The notes beneath the pieces were generated by a model. That model saw nothing but the letters and a program-made list of their open reading frames with translations. It did no database searches and was not told the DNA's origin. 64,000 bases of DNA from Octopus sinensis (taxonomy: Eukaryota), in the NCBI RefSeq assembly GCF_006345805.1, contig NC_043010.1, positions 52,266,001 to 52,330,000 of the forward strand. Direction: 5' to 3'. A program made the position numbers and the translations under genes. Shown piece by piece: positions 62,774 to 64,000 of this stretch (position 1 is the stretch's first letter; the number at the start of each line of letters is the position of its first letter).

Positions 62774-63165
62774 CGAGTGGCTGTGGTAAGTAGCTTGTTT
62801 ACCAACCACATGGTTCCGGGTTCAGTCCCACTGCGTGGCACCTTGGGCAAATGTTTTCTACTATAGCCTCGGGCCGACCAAAGCCTTGTGAGTGGATTTG
62901 GTAGACGGAAACTGAAAGAAGCCTGTCGTATATATGTATATATATATATATATAAATGCGTGTGTCTGTGTTTGTCCCCCTAGCATTGCTTGACAACCGA
63001 TGCTGGTGTATTTATGTCCCCGTTACTTAGCGGTTCGGCAAAGAGACCGATAGAATAAGTACTGGGCTTACAAAAGAATAAGTCCCAGGATCGAGTTGCT
63101 CGATTAAAGGCGGTGCTCCAGCATGGCCGCAGTCAAATGACTGAAACAAGTAAAAGAGTAAAAGA
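62774..63165 (+). mobile_element. Full-length SINE family 1
   Basis: gagtggctgtggtaagtagcttg...ggttcagtccc...ggccgcagtcaaatgactgaaacaagtaaaagagtaaaagag. Confidence 0.9.
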
Positions 63166-63407
63166 GGGTGCCTAGTTTCCACAGGTCGACTCGCTACTTT
63201 TTTATGGACACGGGAACGAACCGCAAGAATGATTCTTCAAAGCGAGTTAACCGATAAGAGATTTAATGGTATACTAAGAACGAAATAGTCGGATAATCTT
63301 CTACTATAATAATACTCTTGAGTGTTTCTCCGTCACAACACATGAATGAGAAAGGAAGGGGTGATAGATGAATAAGGAAGGAAGGGATGATGGCGAAACG
63401 GTAGTGG

Positions 63408-63790
63408 GGGCGTTTCAACTGTGTATGTGTGTAAAAGGGAGGTATGTGAATGCGTGCGTGTGTGCGTGCGCGCGCAATGGAAGTGGGATGGTGAACATTC
63501 AACGGTGAAAAGAAAATTCAAACAGCGTTTCAGCTTTGTGTGAGTATATGTGTGTGTGTGTGTTTGCGTATATGTATGTGTTTGTGAATGTGTGTGTGTG
63601 TGTGTCTGTTTGCGCGTGCAATGGAAGTGGGATGGTGAACATTCAACGCTGAAAGGAAAAATCAAACAGCGTTTCAGCTCTGTGTAAGTATATGTGTGTT
63701 TGTGTGTACGTGTGTGTATGCGTATGTGTGTGTGTGTGTGCGTGTGTGTGTGTATGCGTGTGTGTGTGTATGCGTGTGTGTGTGTGTGTA
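63408..63790 (+). repeat. ~144-bp tandem duplication with (GT)n-rich spacers
   Basis: gcaatggaagtgggatggtgaacattcaacg.tgaaa.gaaaa.tcaaacagcgtttcagct at 63474 and 63618. Confidence 0.85.
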
Positions 63791-64000
63791 CAAGAGAAGT
63801 ATGTGAATGTTTGTATGTGTGAACCAGCATTCTTTCAGTAACAAACGATGATCGATATCACATCTCAAAAACCAACCACTAGATAACATTGACAAGCGTA
63901 TTAATTCGATTTGCCATCCATATTCTATCCCGCATTTAGTCCCGGCCAGCTTTATGTGGCTTCAAGTCGTACAGGAAGAAAGGAAAACAAGCGGCCAAAG

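Noticed and set aside
58596-63895. LSLS, VCLS, YVCM and HTHT ORFs
   Set aside because: Microsatellite translations.

Overview
Eukaryotic, gene-free, repeat-saturated window. The SINE families suggest a coleoid cephalopod, probably Octopus; this is an inference from remembered families, not a search. Layout: (1) 1-7778 is a patchwork of tRNA-derived SINEs, MITEs, a head-to-tail dimer of a ~500-bp non-autonomous Helitron, a relic 3' end of an RLE-type (HERO-like) LINE, Penelope-like fragments with hammerhead-like folds, and microsatellites. (2) 7779-7878 is a 100-N scaffold gap. (3) 7879-33623 is a ~25.7-kb array of a ~57-58-bp purine-rich satellite (A; core GGAATATTGAACATTCCA). (4) 33624-53880 is a composite 'satellite of satellites'. 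Four short repeats (A, the 13-mer B = AATCTATAAATAG, the 10-mer C = AAACCGGTTC and the 13/14-mer D = AAACATTTTCATC) alternate through stereotyped junctions, in both orientations, in 1.2-3.7-kb higher-order units. (5) 53881-58285 is a pure D array. (6) 58286-64000 is again SINEs, MITEs and microsatellites. All long ORFs in the track are satellite or microsatellite artefacts. Most notable observation: the cores of satellites A, B and C each match the consensus site of a different conserved transcription-factor family (TEAD ACATTCCA, MEF2 CTATAAATAG, TFCP2/Grainyhead CCGGTTCAAACCGG / AACCGGTT). The locus may therefore be a multi-factor TF-binding array, but palindrome-driven neutral amplification is a serious alternative.
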